The notes: generated by a model from the letters alone, not told the origin. A stretch of 64,000 nt of DNA from Octopus vulgaris (GCA_951406725.2 OX597820.1:83700001-83764000), one strand, 5' to 3'; counted from the first letter of the stretch, positions 23,800 to 37,725 are shown. Program-made: numbers and translations.

Positions 23800-24087
23800 G
23801 TTTGTTCCCTGAGCCATGCCAGGCTCATAAGGGCCGGTTTCTTGGCGTATAGGTTCCCCACCTGGACGGGACGCCGGTTCGTCGCAGGTGAGCTGCAAGA
23901 TGCAGGAGGATAGAGTGAGTGAAAGTTGTGGCGAAAGAGTCAACAGAAGTTCGCCATTACCTTCTGTCGGAGCCGTGTGAAGCTTAGGTGTTTCGCTCAT
24001 AAATACACACATCGCCAGGTCTGAGATTCAAACCCGCGATCCCTCGACCGCGAGTCCGCTGCTCTAACCACTAGGCCATGTGCCCTC
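23800..24087 (-). mobile_element. tRNA-derived SINE, apparently full length
   Basis: The minus-strand head gagggcacaTGGCCTAGTGGttagagcagcggactcgcggtcgagggatcgcgGGTTTGAATCtc has Pol III A and B boxes and a tRNA-like layout, followed by a ~200-bp body. Confidence 0.85.
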
Positions 24088-24134
24088 AAATATATATGTA
24101 TATATATATATACACACACATACAGACATACATA

Positions 24135-24830
24135 CATTGTGGACTGTACCAGTGGGATTGCTTCCACTCTTACCTTGGAAATCTTTCTTCCAAGTTATGT
24201 GGGCAAAAGCATCACGTCTTCTGTCCTCGCCGCCACACTCGCCAGCCTCCTCGCCTCCTCATCTGTCATACACTGGACGATCACTGACCCGTATTTACAT
24301 CCAATGGTTATATACATTATTTAGTTCGAGTGTCTACTGAGCGTTTTTTCTATTATTTCCGCTTCCACCTGTTCAGCCTTTTTCTTCTTCATCGAGTGCA
24401 CGCTTTCCTGTGATAGCTTTCCACTCTCCATTTCTTTCATGATTCTTTTAGGGGGCAACAAATTCACGTCACCACCCACTTTCTGCGTCATTTTCCGACA
24501 TACCTTTAGTCCAGCCAGGTCTACATCCTTTTTCTTCACCTCCGCCACCTCAGAAAATCTTCTTGTTCTCTCCAATATTCCGTCCATTTTGCTCACCGCC
24601 TTCGCCAGCTACTCCTCCACTGAAGATAATTCAGACCTGCTAGGATCTGAATTTTCTCTAAACTGCTGCCAAGCAGCGCAAAAATCCTGCCAGGCAGCAC
24701 AAAAATCCTGCCCGACTCTCAAAAAAAAAAAAAAAGACCAGCAACAGAATCAATGCATGCGCAGTAACCGGAAGCAAGCTACTTACAAAACATCAACTCT
24801 TGCGCTTTTTCTTTCATCGGCAAAACGCAC
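24135..24830 (-). mobile_element. LINE (L1/Tx1-like) 5' UTR and ORF1 N-terminal fragment
   Basis: ORF 24321-24596 continues through stops into YGSVIVQCMTDEEARRLA...DVMLLPT*LGRKISKVRVEAIP, an RRM-like ORF1 pattern. A 21-bp tandem repeat lies at ~24666-24712 upstream. Confidence 0.5.
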
Positions 24831-25048
24831 TGGGCGAAATAAATGAAAATATTTGCACATGCCCCCATGTATAAATATTTTGTAAAAGCATACACAAAAT
24901 GTGAATATACAAACATTCACGAATTTATACGCGTAGAATGTGAAGATGGTAGACTGTGGTGGGAAGTATTCGGCTTCTTCTTTCAGTATATAGGCATGAT
25001 AGCTTTTGTGCCCCTAAGTATAATTGTACAATTACCTCTCTTACTGTC

Positions 25049-25103
<55 letters not shown>

Positions 25104-25124
25104 GGTAAAGGACGTATTATTGAC

Positions 25125-25206
<82 letters not shown>

Positions 25207-26134
25207 AAGTCTGTTGAAAGACCCTTGGCCGAAACGTCATTGAAATGGAAGTAAAACTGCTACCGAACATCGTCTCTGAATAGATATACCAAAACGCACT
25301 TTGTTCGATGGAATTGAGCATCAAGCGTTGGTTTTAAATTCGGTGAGACATTACATCTATTTCTGAACTACTCTCATTCTTTGTCCGAAATGATACTAAC
25401 ATTCTATGAATTCCGATGTATTGAACACGAAACATGAAGCAAATTCGGACGTTGTTTACTAGTTATATAAGTAGAAATGCTTGTAAGCATGAAAAAAAAA
25501 ACCAGAAAAGTAATTTATTCATTCTGTTTTAGTTACATGTTTCTGACCAAAGAAATACAACACATTCCACAAATAATAAAGAAAGAAACAAAATCAAATA
25601 TAAGTTTAAGAGAAATAACAATCTGGGTTAACAAATATAATATGTTTTCTATATTAAATTAAACCTTTTCTTTCTGTGAACAGAAAAATAAAGGATAAAA
25701 ATATCGCTCATACGTGTAAGATGAAGATGTGAAGAAAATCAATATGGAGAGTGAAAGTTATATTTAATTAGATTTAAACATGAAGTGTACTTAGTACATT
25801 CTATAACTAACTAGAAACGCATACGCTAAAGTATGAAACAGCATGGAAACAAATTAAATTGTACATTGACTAGAACATAATAAGAAAACATAAACGCAAG
25901 CAAATCAGTAAGAGACTTCTGCTAACTATTTATTACTTCGAACAGGGAAAAGGCTAGTCCCCAAGAATAGATGTTCAGAAGCAATACGAAAATTGAACTT
26001 TAATGTCGCCACATTCCAATAAATATACATGCATGCATACACACAAAAATACGTATCTATACATATATACTTATGTATGTATGCATATATACATATACAT
26101 ACATACATATATATATATCCTTATATATATGTAT

Positions 26135-26196
<62 letters not shown>

Positions 26197-26739
26197 TGAT
26201 TAAATATGTAGTTAGTGCTACAATACTGAAGAGATTTTTCTGTCCTTATTATTTGAAATATACTTGGAGGATAGAGAGGATACATCATTGATAAGTTAGC
26301 AAATATGTACGAAAGTAAAAAAAAAAATTGGTTGTCTAACCTATAGAGCAGCAACCGATCGAATACTTAAAAAAAAATCTAACCAACAGACTAATAATTG
26401 AAAAGTGAAACTTCGCCTGTGCGTGTAGCTAGTATTGGCGTAATGAACCTCCCTAGATGTAAAAAAAAATTGCTTCAATACAATATTCCTCATAAAGTAT
26501 CATGCAACACAAATTCAAAACCTTAGTATGTATGTGTCGTGGCTGCATACAGATAGGATTCCTATGTTTAGTAGAGTGACAATATTGTAAAAGAGAAATC
26601 GAGAAATGTATTTTTCTTGTTATATGGGTGTCTCTCGGATGATACATTGTTTCCTTTTTACACTTTTCAAATTCTAATTTGTGTTTCTCAAGTGATGATA
26701 TTGTAAGAGAGGAATTGCAAATAAATTCGGAGAATATAT

Positions 26740-26779
<40 letters not shown>

Positions 26780-26944
26780 GTGTGCATGTAAGAGTGCATA
26801 TATTAATATGTACAACGAACAAGGAAATGATTTGCAATGTTTCTGAAGTTTTAGTCTACTACCTAATCGTACGCACATTTTGCAGAAAGATGAACGGACG
26901 TGAATAAGATGGATCTAGAATTCTAACATTACTTTGTAATACAG

Positions 26945-27045
26945 ACACAGGGCCTGAAATTTGGCGGGAGAGGTTAGTCTAATTAAATTGACTCTAGTTA
27001 TTAACCGGTAGCTATCTCATCAACCTTGAAAGGATGAAATGCATG
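26945..27045 (-). mobile_element. CORE-type SINE 3' fragment
   Basis: cacagggcctgaaatttgg...accggta...caaccttgaaaggatgaaa is similar to the 17907-18075 copy. Confidence 0.6.
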
Positions 27046-27269
27046 ACCGTTTTTTAATCTACAATATAATCTACAATCTATAATCCAGAAATATTGAGAT
27101 TTCTTTTTTCAGCAGCGGTAGTTGTAATTGTCGTAGATTATTGGAATTTTAGTATATCATTGCTATATATCTAATAAACCGACTTTCCACATTGTGTTAT
27201 TTGAGATTGAAGGACACATATGTAACAATACTTTGAACATGTCCTATTCAACACTACTGTCACAGTGAC

Positions 27270-27740
27270 TAGTTTAGTCGGGCCGTTTCAAAGCGCGCTA
27301 TGCAGTGAAAGTTTGTTTTAAACTGGGCAAAAATACCAAAGAAATTTACGAAATAATCCAAACTGCTTATGAATAAAATTTTAGTCTACTACAAGAGGTT
27401 CAATTACGATAGAGAGGAGGTTAGAGAGGATGAGCTACGTAGGAAGGAGAAGGACATCAGAACATCAAAGCTGATTGAGATAATATGCTGTTCTCTGGAT
27501 GAAAGCTGTCGTGTATCTCTAAGGATATAATTTGGAGTTAGTGAAGCAACTTACACAACATTATCGTTAAAAATCTGAACAAGCGCAAAATGCCTACAAA
27601 GTTTGTTCCAAGGGAGATCAGTGACAAGCATCTCGGTACCCAACTACTTGATGGACATGGCTATCAAAACTGTGCCCCATCTTAGATACAGTTAATACCT
27701 TGATTCCTGTGACTTTTGTTTGCTTCTCCAGTTGGAGGAG
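27270..27740 (+). mobile_element. Mariner transposase relic (N-terminal HTH, internally deleted)
   Basis: ARYAVKVCFKLGKNTKEIYEIIQTAY, then KFVPR and a decayed 'DL.PCDF.L' motif near 27700. Confidence 0.75.
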
Positions 27741-27741
27741 A

Positions 27742-28100
27742 ACCCAGACGTCAGACAAATATCATGCCTCCTCGTTGACATGTCTCTCTCAATCGACATA
27801 AATCTATACGTCAAGACCTACCAAAAACTGAGCAAATATAAAGATCTTGAAATAGAAACTAGCAAAATGTGGAACCTCAACAGTAAAACAATATCTGTTG
27901 TTATAGATGCCCTAGGAATAATTGCAAAAGGGGCTGATCCCTACCTATCTCTGTTTCCAGGAAACCCCAAATGGCAGGAATTCAAAAGATAGTGGTCATG
28001 AAATTGCCCATATGCTACGTAAAATAATGCCTATGTAATTTTTGAAATTTCGTTTCTTTGCTGATCTGGAAACAACTAGGGAAACCGAAGCTGGGTGATG
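27742..28100 (+). mobile_element. Dong/R4-like LINE 3' fragment
   Basis: CLLVDMSLSIDINLYVKTYQKLSKYKDLEIETSKMWNLNSKTISVVIDALGII. Confidence 0.88.
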
Positions 28101-30070
28101 ACCGACAGACATCGCTTCGAGTCTGCCAGCAAGCATGAACTGCTCGTGCTGGGAAATTTCATGGCCGAAACTAAAGTTCCAATGACTGGTAAACGAAGCA
28201 CATTTCCTTATACTGCCTCCAAGATCCATGAACATAATTTGCTGGGACAAAACACTATCAAGACACTAAGAATTTCATTAGACAATGCTTTTGGACTGAA
28301 ATGCATAAACAGTCAAGACAAGTGTAAGGGTCCAAAAAGAAAATTACATCCTAAATCTTCTAACGGCCTTATATTTCTCTGCAACGACATTGCCAGAATC
28401 TCTGTGACAAATTTCCAGATCTTTTCACAGAAGAATTGGGATGGCTTAAAGATTTCAGACTGGAAGTAAAATTCAAGTCTGATGCGAAGTCGGTTCTTCA
28501 CAAGGCACAACGTGTTCCATTTGCTCTTCGTGCTGACCTGGCCAAAGGTTACCAAGAAGCTATCGAAAAAGGAGTCTGGTAGCAAGTCTAGCTCAACGAA
28601 TACGCAACGCCAGTGGTACCGATTCGCAAAGCACATAATCTGGACACTCTGAAGCCCAAAATACGGATTAGTGGTGATTACTCAGTTGGCATCAACAATC
28701 AACTAGAAGACAACCGTCATCCAATTCCGCTGCCAGAGGAACTGACGCAGAAGCTGGTAGGTGGATGTCGTCATACGAAGATTGGCCTTGCTGATGCCTA
28801 CAACCAGATCAAGCTGGTACCAGAGAGTCAACGAAGGCATTCATAGTGGAGTACTTCGGCAACAACAACTTCCAATCAGCGCCTGGTTATTTCCAAGAGA
28901 TCATGGAAAACCTGACTAGTGATCTGCCTGGAGTTGCCGTTTTCCAAAACGATATGTTCGTCAAAGGGAAAGGCGCAAATGGCCACTTAAGCAACCTGAG
29001 GCGTTTGCCCTCACGTCTGAAAAACAAAGGGCTCAAATGTCGCTGTGAAAAGTGCTTGTTCGCTCAAACCAATGTGGAATATCTTGGCCCATCTTATCAG
29101 CCGAAGGAATCGCGAAGGAATCCAAGGTCGAGGCAGTCATGAAGATGTTACCCCCTATAGACATCTAAAGCTTAAAGTATTTCTTGAGGTCGATTCGGTT
29201 CTACGGGAAGTTTATCCCATACCTGACCACTATGGCCTAGCCACTCCTTGGAAGCGGGTAGATGAAGAGCAAAGACCGTTTAAACAGTTGAAAAGCTTAT
29301 TATCTCTAGATCAAGTCTTTCTACATTTCAACGCAGACAAACCTCTCGGACTGGCTTTCATCATTGGAATTTGAGCTGCCTTGTTTCATCGCTATCCGGA
29401 TGGAAGTGAGCGCCCAATTGTCAGTGTGTCCAAGAGTCTCACGTCTGCAGAAAGAAACTACAGCCAATCCACAAGAAAGACATATCCATTATCTTTGGCT
29501 TGCTAAAATTCTACCAGTATCTGTACAGACGTAAGTTCATAGTGGTGACTGATCATAACCCTCTGACACCACTTCTCGCATCCAACCGACTAGCCCGATG
29601 AGCTTTGTGGCTGAACCAGTTTCACTACACAATTTATTACCGTAAAATAGCGGATTATGGCATTGCCGACGCTTTCAGATACTTCCCATTTGGAAATGGC
29701 AACAAATTCGACAAGGAAGAAAGTGGTGAAGACACCCATATGGTGTGCACCACTAGAGTTCTCAGTCTTCAAGTCAAACATTTAGATGGAAACATCTTCC
29801 CACAAGAATCTGGGAAAGACCCAGTGATAAATTACAGTGATGAACTATATCTCCGAACAGTGGCTACCGAAGCACACCGAGACCAATGATGAAATAGAAA
29901 TGTTCCTGAAGGTGTTAGATCCACTCAATATCAACCACGGATTCTTCATCTATGTGTCAAGATTCGTGACCCATATATCCTTGAGTCCAATATCCTTGAT
30001 ACTGGACACATATCGGACATTTCGACACGTATGAAGGAATTAATAAGAACCGCTGTTTATTGGTCCGGTA
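28100..30070 (+). mobile_element. Gypsy/Ty3 LTR retrotransposon pol fragment (protease end, RT, RNase H, start of integrase), frameshifted
   Basis: NLLG; RVPFALR; EYATPVVPIRK...IRISGDYSVGINNQLE..RHPIPLPEEL; LADAYNQI; SAPGYFQEIMENL...VAVFQND (decayed YxDD); DGSERPI...[13 protein letters not shown]; KFIVVTDHNPL; MKELIRTAVYW. Domain order RT-RH-IN indicates Gypsy. Confidence 0.92.
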
Positions 30071-30071
30071 A

Positions 30072-30572
30072 ACAGACTTTATTCCAGAAGCAATGAGGTC
30101 AGTTTACTAATTGACATGAGCATACCCTGTGACCATAATATCTCGGCAAAAGTATTTGATAAGCTCGGAAAATATAAAGCTCTGCTAATCAAAATCAACA
30201 AGACGTGGCATCTGCGGACGGTTACAATACCAGTGATTGTGGGAACACTTGGAATGATCAAAAGAGGAAAGGAAAGTTATTTAGGAATGATCCTTGGCTT
30301 ACAATGCACTCAGGGAGTGCAAAAGATTCTCTTAACTGGTACATCACAAGAATCGAGGAGAGCATTATCGCTGTAAAAGTTTGTTTCCTTTTATCCCCTT
30401 TATTTGTTCACTTTTCTATTTTTATTTTCTCCTTTTTTTCTCTGTAAATGATTCTGTAAATGAATAATCTGGTGTGTTTGTCTTAATGGCCTGTCAAGGT
30501 ATACAGTATGCCCTAGGTGTCAGGAAGACACTGGTCAAGAAACGGAAACAGAATTGAAAGAAGTTGTTAATG
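30072..30572 (+). mobile_element. Dong/R4-like LINE 3' end followed by (AAT)n
   Basis: LIDMSIPCDHNISAKVFDKLGKYKALLIKINKTWHLRTVTIPVIVGTLGMI...VQKILLTGT, then a 3' UTR running into (AAT)n at 30581. Confidence 0.9.
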
Positions 30573-30580
30573 AATCTGAC

Positions 30581-30659
<79 letters not shown>

Positions 30660-30725
30660 TTAATAATAATCGTAAGAAGAAGAAGAAGAACAACAACAAC
30701 AACAGCAGGAGCTACAACAACAATA
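30581..30725. repeat. (AAT)n then (AAG)/(AAC)n microsatellite
   Basis: Direct observation. Confidence 0.95.
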
Positions 30726-32113
30726 AAAACAGCTGCAAGCTGATTTTGATTTGTACATAAGTTCTAAGTCAGGTACATCCATCTAATATCTATTTTCATT
30801 AACTGTGATCGTATATATTTGTAGCTATACCAATATCGTTATTAAGATTCTAAGTGCTCATCATAATCCATGCAATTTATGTCATCTAATAGTGGCAAGT
30901 TACCATAAATAGATTTTCTAAGATATCTTAATATAAACTACCACCGCTGTATCTATCTATTCTAAAATTAGTCAAGTCTGTACTTTATAATATTCACCAT
31001 CCTTATCTTTTACATTGATTATGTCAATGACAATTTGCATATGCTCTGTATTTATATCTACTACAATAACATTATTATTGCCAAGATATTATGTAGTCGG
31101 TGATAAACTTATTAAAGTATTTGAATGTGGGATGTAGAGTTGAATAGCGTAATTATAGATATCATAATATGGTGGTATCGTGTTGATGGAGTAGGTTGCA
31201 CAATAATAAAATCCTTATTATTTTATAATACTCGTTTATGCATATCAAATCTAACTGATGTTTGATCAAACCATCGTTTTAATGCGTATTGATAAATTTG
31301 CAATTTGTGCAATAGGCTTTATTAAACATTGCATGCTGGTTTGGGAAAAGAAATATGTAATTCAGAGATCGTAGAAAATATATCTGTACGTAATACAGAA
31401 AAAAGTAAAAATTGATAGTAATTATCCTGGTAATAAATTTAAGCATAATTTGTCACGGCAATGTTAGCTCTAAAGGAAAGAAAAAATATCAATATGTTGT
31501 TTTATTTCAGGCTGTCACTTCCTCTAAAATCAGCAATTGCAAAATTAACCACCATTAATTAAAGACCATTAATGACTGCACCCAATCAGAGCAACCAAAG
31601 TCAAATATAAAATAATTAAAGTTCACTGACACTGAGAGGTAACTACTCGAAAAAGAAAAAGAAAGATTTATAAGTACTAGCCAAATCCAATCGAATCGCA
31701 AATTTGCGTAACGGATGGAAAAAGTGAAGCATTAAATAGCAGAGACTCATATATGCCAGTATTCGTGATGTTAATATGAATATGATATTTCCGTGGCAAG
31801 AAGCATCTGGACGTTAATGAGAACCAGTGGGCTTCATTACACGTGCTACCGATCGCCAGCTGTGAGCAATGGAAGTTACGAAATGAGTACCTTTAAAATG
31901 GTGCAGAAACCAACTCTCTCTCCTATGGTACAACTAGGAAACAATTGACCTCACCATGTCAGGCTGCTCTATCATAACCTCAGCTCAGTGTGTTAATTAC
32001 AATGATAGTCTTGGTCAGGATTGGACTTAAATATGAAAACAAATGTTCGAAAATCCCAGCAGAATATTAAGATAACACATTTCTTTGGACTTTAATGTTC
32101 AAACTTAAAGTGC

Positions 32114-33371
32114 TACGAAGAGTCGGCTGAACTGTTGATAGACTGAAAAATCTTCTGTCATGAAATGAAACCAAATGAGGTTTAGTTTTCAACATAGACC
32201 CCCTTGTGGCCCACACATACATCTTCCATCGCTGTTGCAGTGCTTGAATACAATTGGTAAGGAAGCTTTCATCCTGTTGGTAAAAAAAGTCATGGACGGC
32301 ACATATGACGTACCATCACCATCCAAGTGTTTTTTCATAAGGTGGTTCAGTTGATAGAGAGATGAAGCAAAGCCAGGAGAATGATGATCTTATCAACAAG
32401 GCCAAGGGACAGTCATGCCCATCAGCCATTGGAACAAAGTACTTGTGTGCTGGAGCATTGTTCTGATGAAACAAATCTCCTTTCACCAATTTTCCTGGGC
32501 GTATAATCTTGATCACCTGTTGTAACTGCCTCAGCAATTTCGCAAAGTTCTCCCTATTGATGATGCAGCCCTTTTGAATATACTCAATGAACAAAAACAT
32601 CCCCCAAAACTGCTGCCGTCACCTTCATTGCAGATGAAATGACACTGGCTTTCATTAGAACAGGTGAAGAGCGATAGTGCCATGGCATAAATTGTAACTT
32701 TGCCTTAGTGTCCAAGTGATGAAGCTAACCCTCATGCTGGGTTAGAAAACATTCAAGGAAATAAAATGGATCTGCCTGAAACAACGTTAGATTTCCCTGG
32801 TGCGCTTTTGATTGGGTGTCAGCGGACGTGTAATCCATCGAGGATAGACCTTCGTCATGTCAAGTTTATTGCGCAGAATATTCTCAACTTTCTTAACAGT
32901 AAATGCTAATAACAGTTGCTATGTGATTTATTGTCATACACCTGTCATCTATCAACATCTGGTCAACACGATCAACAATTTTCCTCGGTGACGGCAGTTG
33001 TAGGACGTCCTGACCTTGGGTCGTCTTCGAGACTCACTTTCCCTCCTAAATTCAACTGCCAACTTTTGCGCAGTTGACCAAGCTGAATCTGCATCACCTT
33101 ATCTAGCACTCATGTCAATATGAATGTCCTCGGTGACTAAACCATTTTCCAGCAGGTTATTGATAAACATGACGATGCCTAAACTTGTCGATAGGAGCCG
33201 CTAATATTTTAATTCAATGTCTTCTATGAACTTATAGATATGTTTACCTGGTGGGGGGTAACAATGCCGTTATAAACAGAAAGTGTTAAAATAAATGCAT
33301 GCAACATTTCACGAGTCTGGCATCACTCTATCATAGTCACCCAATGTACCTTTCAGGCCCACGCCCACATA
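32114..33371 (-). mobile_element. Full-length but decayed mariner (DD34D-type) element
   Basis: About 1.26 kb with degenerate TIRs (tacgaagagtcggctgaa... / ...gtcacccaatgtacctttcaggcc). ORF 32316-32600 reads IEYIQKGCIINRENFAKLLRQL...RPGKLVKGDLFHQNNAPAH. The frameshifted C-terminus resembles 'LQHRW.KCV...GDYVEK'. Confidence 0.9.
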
Positions 33372-33995
33372 TTTTGACCAACCAATCAGATATTGTGGTG
33401 AAAAATCTCATTTCCAATAAAACTTTGTTCATTGATTGATATATCTCGCTTAGCAGATAACAAATCCTCTGTGAAAAATTTTGAATATTTAAGTAAGGAA
33501 AAGAAATAATATTAAAATGGAACTCTCAAAAATGTAGAGTCTAAGAACGGTACTTTTATCTGCGATCATCGTAGCTTTGAAGATAATACCAAATAGCGTT
33601 CTGAGTTAATTTGATAAAATATTAGGGAACAAAATGTGTTCTCTTGGCTACATATGCTATCTTAAAAAACAAAAGTGTCAACCCGAGGACATGAATATTT
33701 AAAAATCTATTAAAGTCACCTTTACAGGGAAGTTTAAGCAATATCTTAATTCTCGGTATTTTTCCCTTCCTACATTGTTGGATAATACCAACAATGAAAT
33801 GCCAACTCATTGGTATTTGAGATCCCTGTTTGAGATATGGAACAGCTCGTATAAGAAAGGCAACGACATAAACAAAAACATAATGACGATAATAATAATG
33901 ATAATGATAATACTAATAAAGAAGAATAGTACTATTGTTAATAATAGTGATGGCTGTAGTAGTAGTAGTAGTAGTAGTTGCAGTACTAACAACAA

Positions 33996-34115
33996 TCCTT
34001 TCTACTATAGGCACATGGCCCAAAACTTTGTCGACCTCAGTGGAATTTGAACTCAGAATGTGATGACAGGTGAAATACCGTTAAGTTCTTCCATTGTGCT
34101 AGAGTTTCTACCAGC
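33996..34115 (-). mobile_element. CORE-type SINE, internally deleted
   Basis: cctttctactataggcac...gtcgacctcagtggaatttgaactcagaatgt...gaaataccg. Confidence 0.75.
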
Positions 34116-34149
34116 TCACCATCTTAATATTAACGATGATATTAATAAG

Positions 34150-34950
34150 GACAAGAAGAATAATTACGCAACGATGGACTACGCAATCAATTCCATATAG
34201 ATACAACGGAAGTTGCTGCAAAGAATAGGTGGGATTGGCTGATGAAAGAAACACTAAAAAATAAAAGAGACCGGGAGCACTATACTGGTAGTGCAAGATC
34301 AAGCTTTGGCCATGAACTGGAGGGTCAGCCTTAGGAATGAGCAAGTGTCTCCGTTGTGCCGCATATACAATAGAGCGGATTAATCCATTGCATATATCAC
34401 AAACGAATGCTCTAGATTGCCCCAAACCAGTAAAATTTGTGGCGACACGATCAGGTAGCGAAAGTTCTAAAGTGGAAACTGTGCGGAGCTAGGGAGAGGC
34501 AAGACATGGTGTGAGTAAAACTTGCAGAGAATGGTGGAGATAGGGACGAGCAAAATCCTCTGGGATTTCCCAATCTAAACAAATGAGAAGCTAGAAAGTA
34601 ACAGATCGGACCAAGCTGTGGTGGACATGATGCACTACATATCCTATATAGTTGATGTTACATGCCACTTTATCCACGAATAAACAACAAGGAAGACGGT
34701 AAGATAAATGAAAAAGGTGAAGATAGTACTAATTATTGTTGGGTTATTGGGAACACTATTAAAAGGCATGAAGAAGAATATTAAGGAGATTGGAATAGAA
34801 TGCCCAGTAGAACTGTTTTGCCTACTTGGCACGGTCAGAATAATCAGTAAAGTTTTAGATAACTGGAAAGAATGGATAGCTTGGTAGGGTAGGCTTCAGG
34901 TAGCAAACCAACCACGCATGTTAGACTCTAGGAGCTTCAATAAACATGCG
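34150..34950 (+). mobile_element. RLE-type LINE C-terminal fragment (zinc knuckle + RLE), heavily deleted
   Basis: WDWLMKETLK, ETGSTILVVQDQALAMNW, SPLCRI, KILWDFPI, IIVGLLGT. Confidence 0.8.
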
Positions 34951-35189
34951 ATAAAAAATATTAATAATAATATTAATGTTAATAATTAATATTAATATAA
35001 ATCAATTAATATTCATATAAATATTAATATTAATATTTAATAATAATAATAATAATATCTTTATGAACCACTAAGAGTTAAAAAACCCAGAAAAGACCGT
35101 AGAAGATAATACAACATGGTTTGCATAAAATGGAGCGTGTAAAGAGAGAAAATGATGAAATAAATTTTAACAATGAAACATTCCGCTAA

Positions 35190-35385
35190 CTGGATCCATC
35201 CTTCACTTGACAGCAGATGTTCGACATAAACCCACAAGTTAGCAATGCTGGTGTACTGGACTAGAGCGTGCAGACTGGTTTTGTCGCTCAGCGCTCATCT
35301 CGAGCTAGACCGGCTCATGGCACTTCCATGCCAGTATATTTTATCCCGAACCGACTATCCCCACCTCATCAGTAACAAGGTCATT
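35190..35385 (-). mobile_element. L1/Tx1-like ORF2 C-terminal (zinc-binding region) fragment
   Basis: Minus strand VRDKIYWHGSA...KTSLHALVQ...LWVYVEHLL resembles 'VRDKL.RHG...ETV.HAL..C....LW'. Confidence 0.55.
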
Positions 35386-35799
35386 GCAATTTTAAAGTCA
35401 GAGAATAGTGTTTCCTTGCCTCCTTCTCTATGTAAAATCGCACCTCTTCAGTGCCATATTGTTTTCCACAAGCAACGTACTCTTCACTGGTCTTAGATAT
35501 TGTTAAATTTGTTGCCATGTCGCCTGTTCTGGTTTCTGACTGTTTAATCCCAGCCTTCTATTTAATATTGCCTTTCTGCGTATCTACTCTACAATGGCTT
35601 TGGGCTTGTTAATAGAAACCATTCTTCCACTTCATTTTAACATGCAACTTGCATTTTTAAATCATCCATTGAGAGCTTTATATTTTCACGTGCTTGACGC
35701 ACCGCATCGGTGAATACATTAACGGTTGATTTGTGGCTTATGCCATTTTCAGTGACTGTGTTGGCATTAATGGCGGTAGTAGTGGCGGTGATTGAATTT

Positions 35800-36235
35800 G
35801 TACATGTCTCCGAAAATATATAAAAATTATGCGGCCCTTATGATAGCATTCAAGAGTAATTCAACATTTCGCAAATATCTCCTTCGAGTAAAACCACCAA
35901 TAGAAGAGAATAGGATGAAAGACTGCGTGTACTCCATCCCATGCCGCTGTGTTAGGTTATACAAAGGCGCAACATGCCGCCCCTTCAAATTAAGGGTAGA
36001 GGAACATCGCAAAGCTGTGACACGAGGAGATATTGATAAATCGGGTATAGCTGATAATGTATGGAGACCACCTCCCACTGTGGGATGAAATTAAAATAAT
36101 AGATAGAAAGTACCACTGAAAAATACGAAAACTAAAAGAAGCAACACATATGCTAGGACACAACAACCTCCTAAGCAGATGAGTACAGATATGAGCAGCA
36201 TATGGGCACCGGTATTAAGAAAAGATAGAAAATAT
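35800..36235 (+). mobile_element. Penelope-like element 3' fragment (Poseidon/Penelope-type GIY-YIG)
   Basis: FKSNSTFRKYLLRVKPP...CVYSIPCRCVRLYKGATCRPFKLRVEEHRKAV...KSGIADNVW, then after a frameshift WDEIKIID...RKLKEA...IWAPVL. Confidence 0.9.
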
Positions 36236-36589
36236 AGATTTATAAACCCTAAAATTCACTCCATAATTGCCTACGGGCATATGGCGTATTATTTAATTCG
36301 GCACACACGACTAAATATTACATTATACGGGCTTACATATACACTAATAATCATGCATATACATGCATCTCTTACTATATACATGCATATATATGCCAAG
36401 GTGGTATGGAATCAACATTCAATATGAAAATATTAACAAATGTATTAAACTACTTTTTCAGTAGAGATGTAGAACGAATCACGCCTCCACACAAAATATA
36501 CATACATTTTATGCATGTAAGTGTGAGTGTATGAATGTGTCTGTGTATATGTGTGCATGTATATATGTATGCTTCTATCTCTCTCTCTC

Positions 36590-36623
<34 letters not shown>

Positions 36624-37292
36624 CATATACAAACGGGCACGCTACTATGAGTTATTGTTGCATGTGCTACTCAAATTATATCTGTTATCATCAAGGCACT
36701 TCCATCTGAACTTTATAAGGGCGAACCCGATTATCATTTTTACCTCATATTTTTTGATACACCGGAGATAGTACAGTAACAAGTGAGAGAATTTAATGTA
36801 TTGCTACCCCTTGAAGGCTTCATGACTAAATGCATCAGTTAGGTATTTATAAAATGTGACTTACTTTTATTTGAGAAGGTGAAGCGGGGAGACGAAATTC
36901 AACAAAAGAGAAACGAAATCGAAAACAAAATTATAGTATAATAAAATAAAATTTCGGAAAATAAAACTGAATAGGTATTGTGAAGATAAAATATGAATCA
37001 CAGAAGTCGTGAGTTTTAGTGAAAAGAGATGTGGGTCATAAATTATTGTCTGCATTGTTCTAGAAGAACCATTTATTTATATATTTTTCTAGTTTTGTTT
37101 TCCCTTGCATTGTGTTGCGGTGAATAAAGATTGGAAAGACAATCTAAGACACGGAATAAATATTTTAATCTTCTTTATGTTGTTATTCCTACCTATTCTG
37201 TACATTCGCTTCTTTCAATATCAGCTCAATACCGAATTGTAATTGTCTTTAATACGAATGCTTCGCTTTTCCTCAAACATATACGAACACTC

Positions 37293-37323
<31 letters not shown>

Positions 37324-37725
37324 CCATACCATACATACATACATGTATATTTATGTGTATATATATATATATACATACACATATACATACGTTGATAGAT
37401 ATATTCATATACACGCTCATACACGCACATATCAATATTTATGATCAAATAAGTATTTAGAAACTTCGAGAGAACGGGATATAATTATTATCTTTTGGGA
37501 AATGTGAAACACGTACCAAATAACGCAAGAATGATAAAGTATAAGTGTTGGGTTAACAATCACTCTGGATTTAAAAACCTTAGAGCAGCCAATCTCTATT
37601 GTATTTAATGAAAATATAGTTTCCAGTTTCACAGGTAAGCATCAAATTTTTCTGTTCAAGGAGATTTTTAACCTGATATTTTTTATTTACTCTAATGTTT
37701 CCCTTTATTTGCCTCGACTTTCCCC

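Noticed and set aside
24015-24087. tRNA gene
   Set aside because: A and B boxes are present, but the acceptor stem is not closed and the sequence continues into a SINE body.
25205-25240. ttgaaagacccttggccGAAACgtca hammerhead-like word
   Set aside because: No intact CTGANGA or stem I. At most a decayed pLTR remnant.
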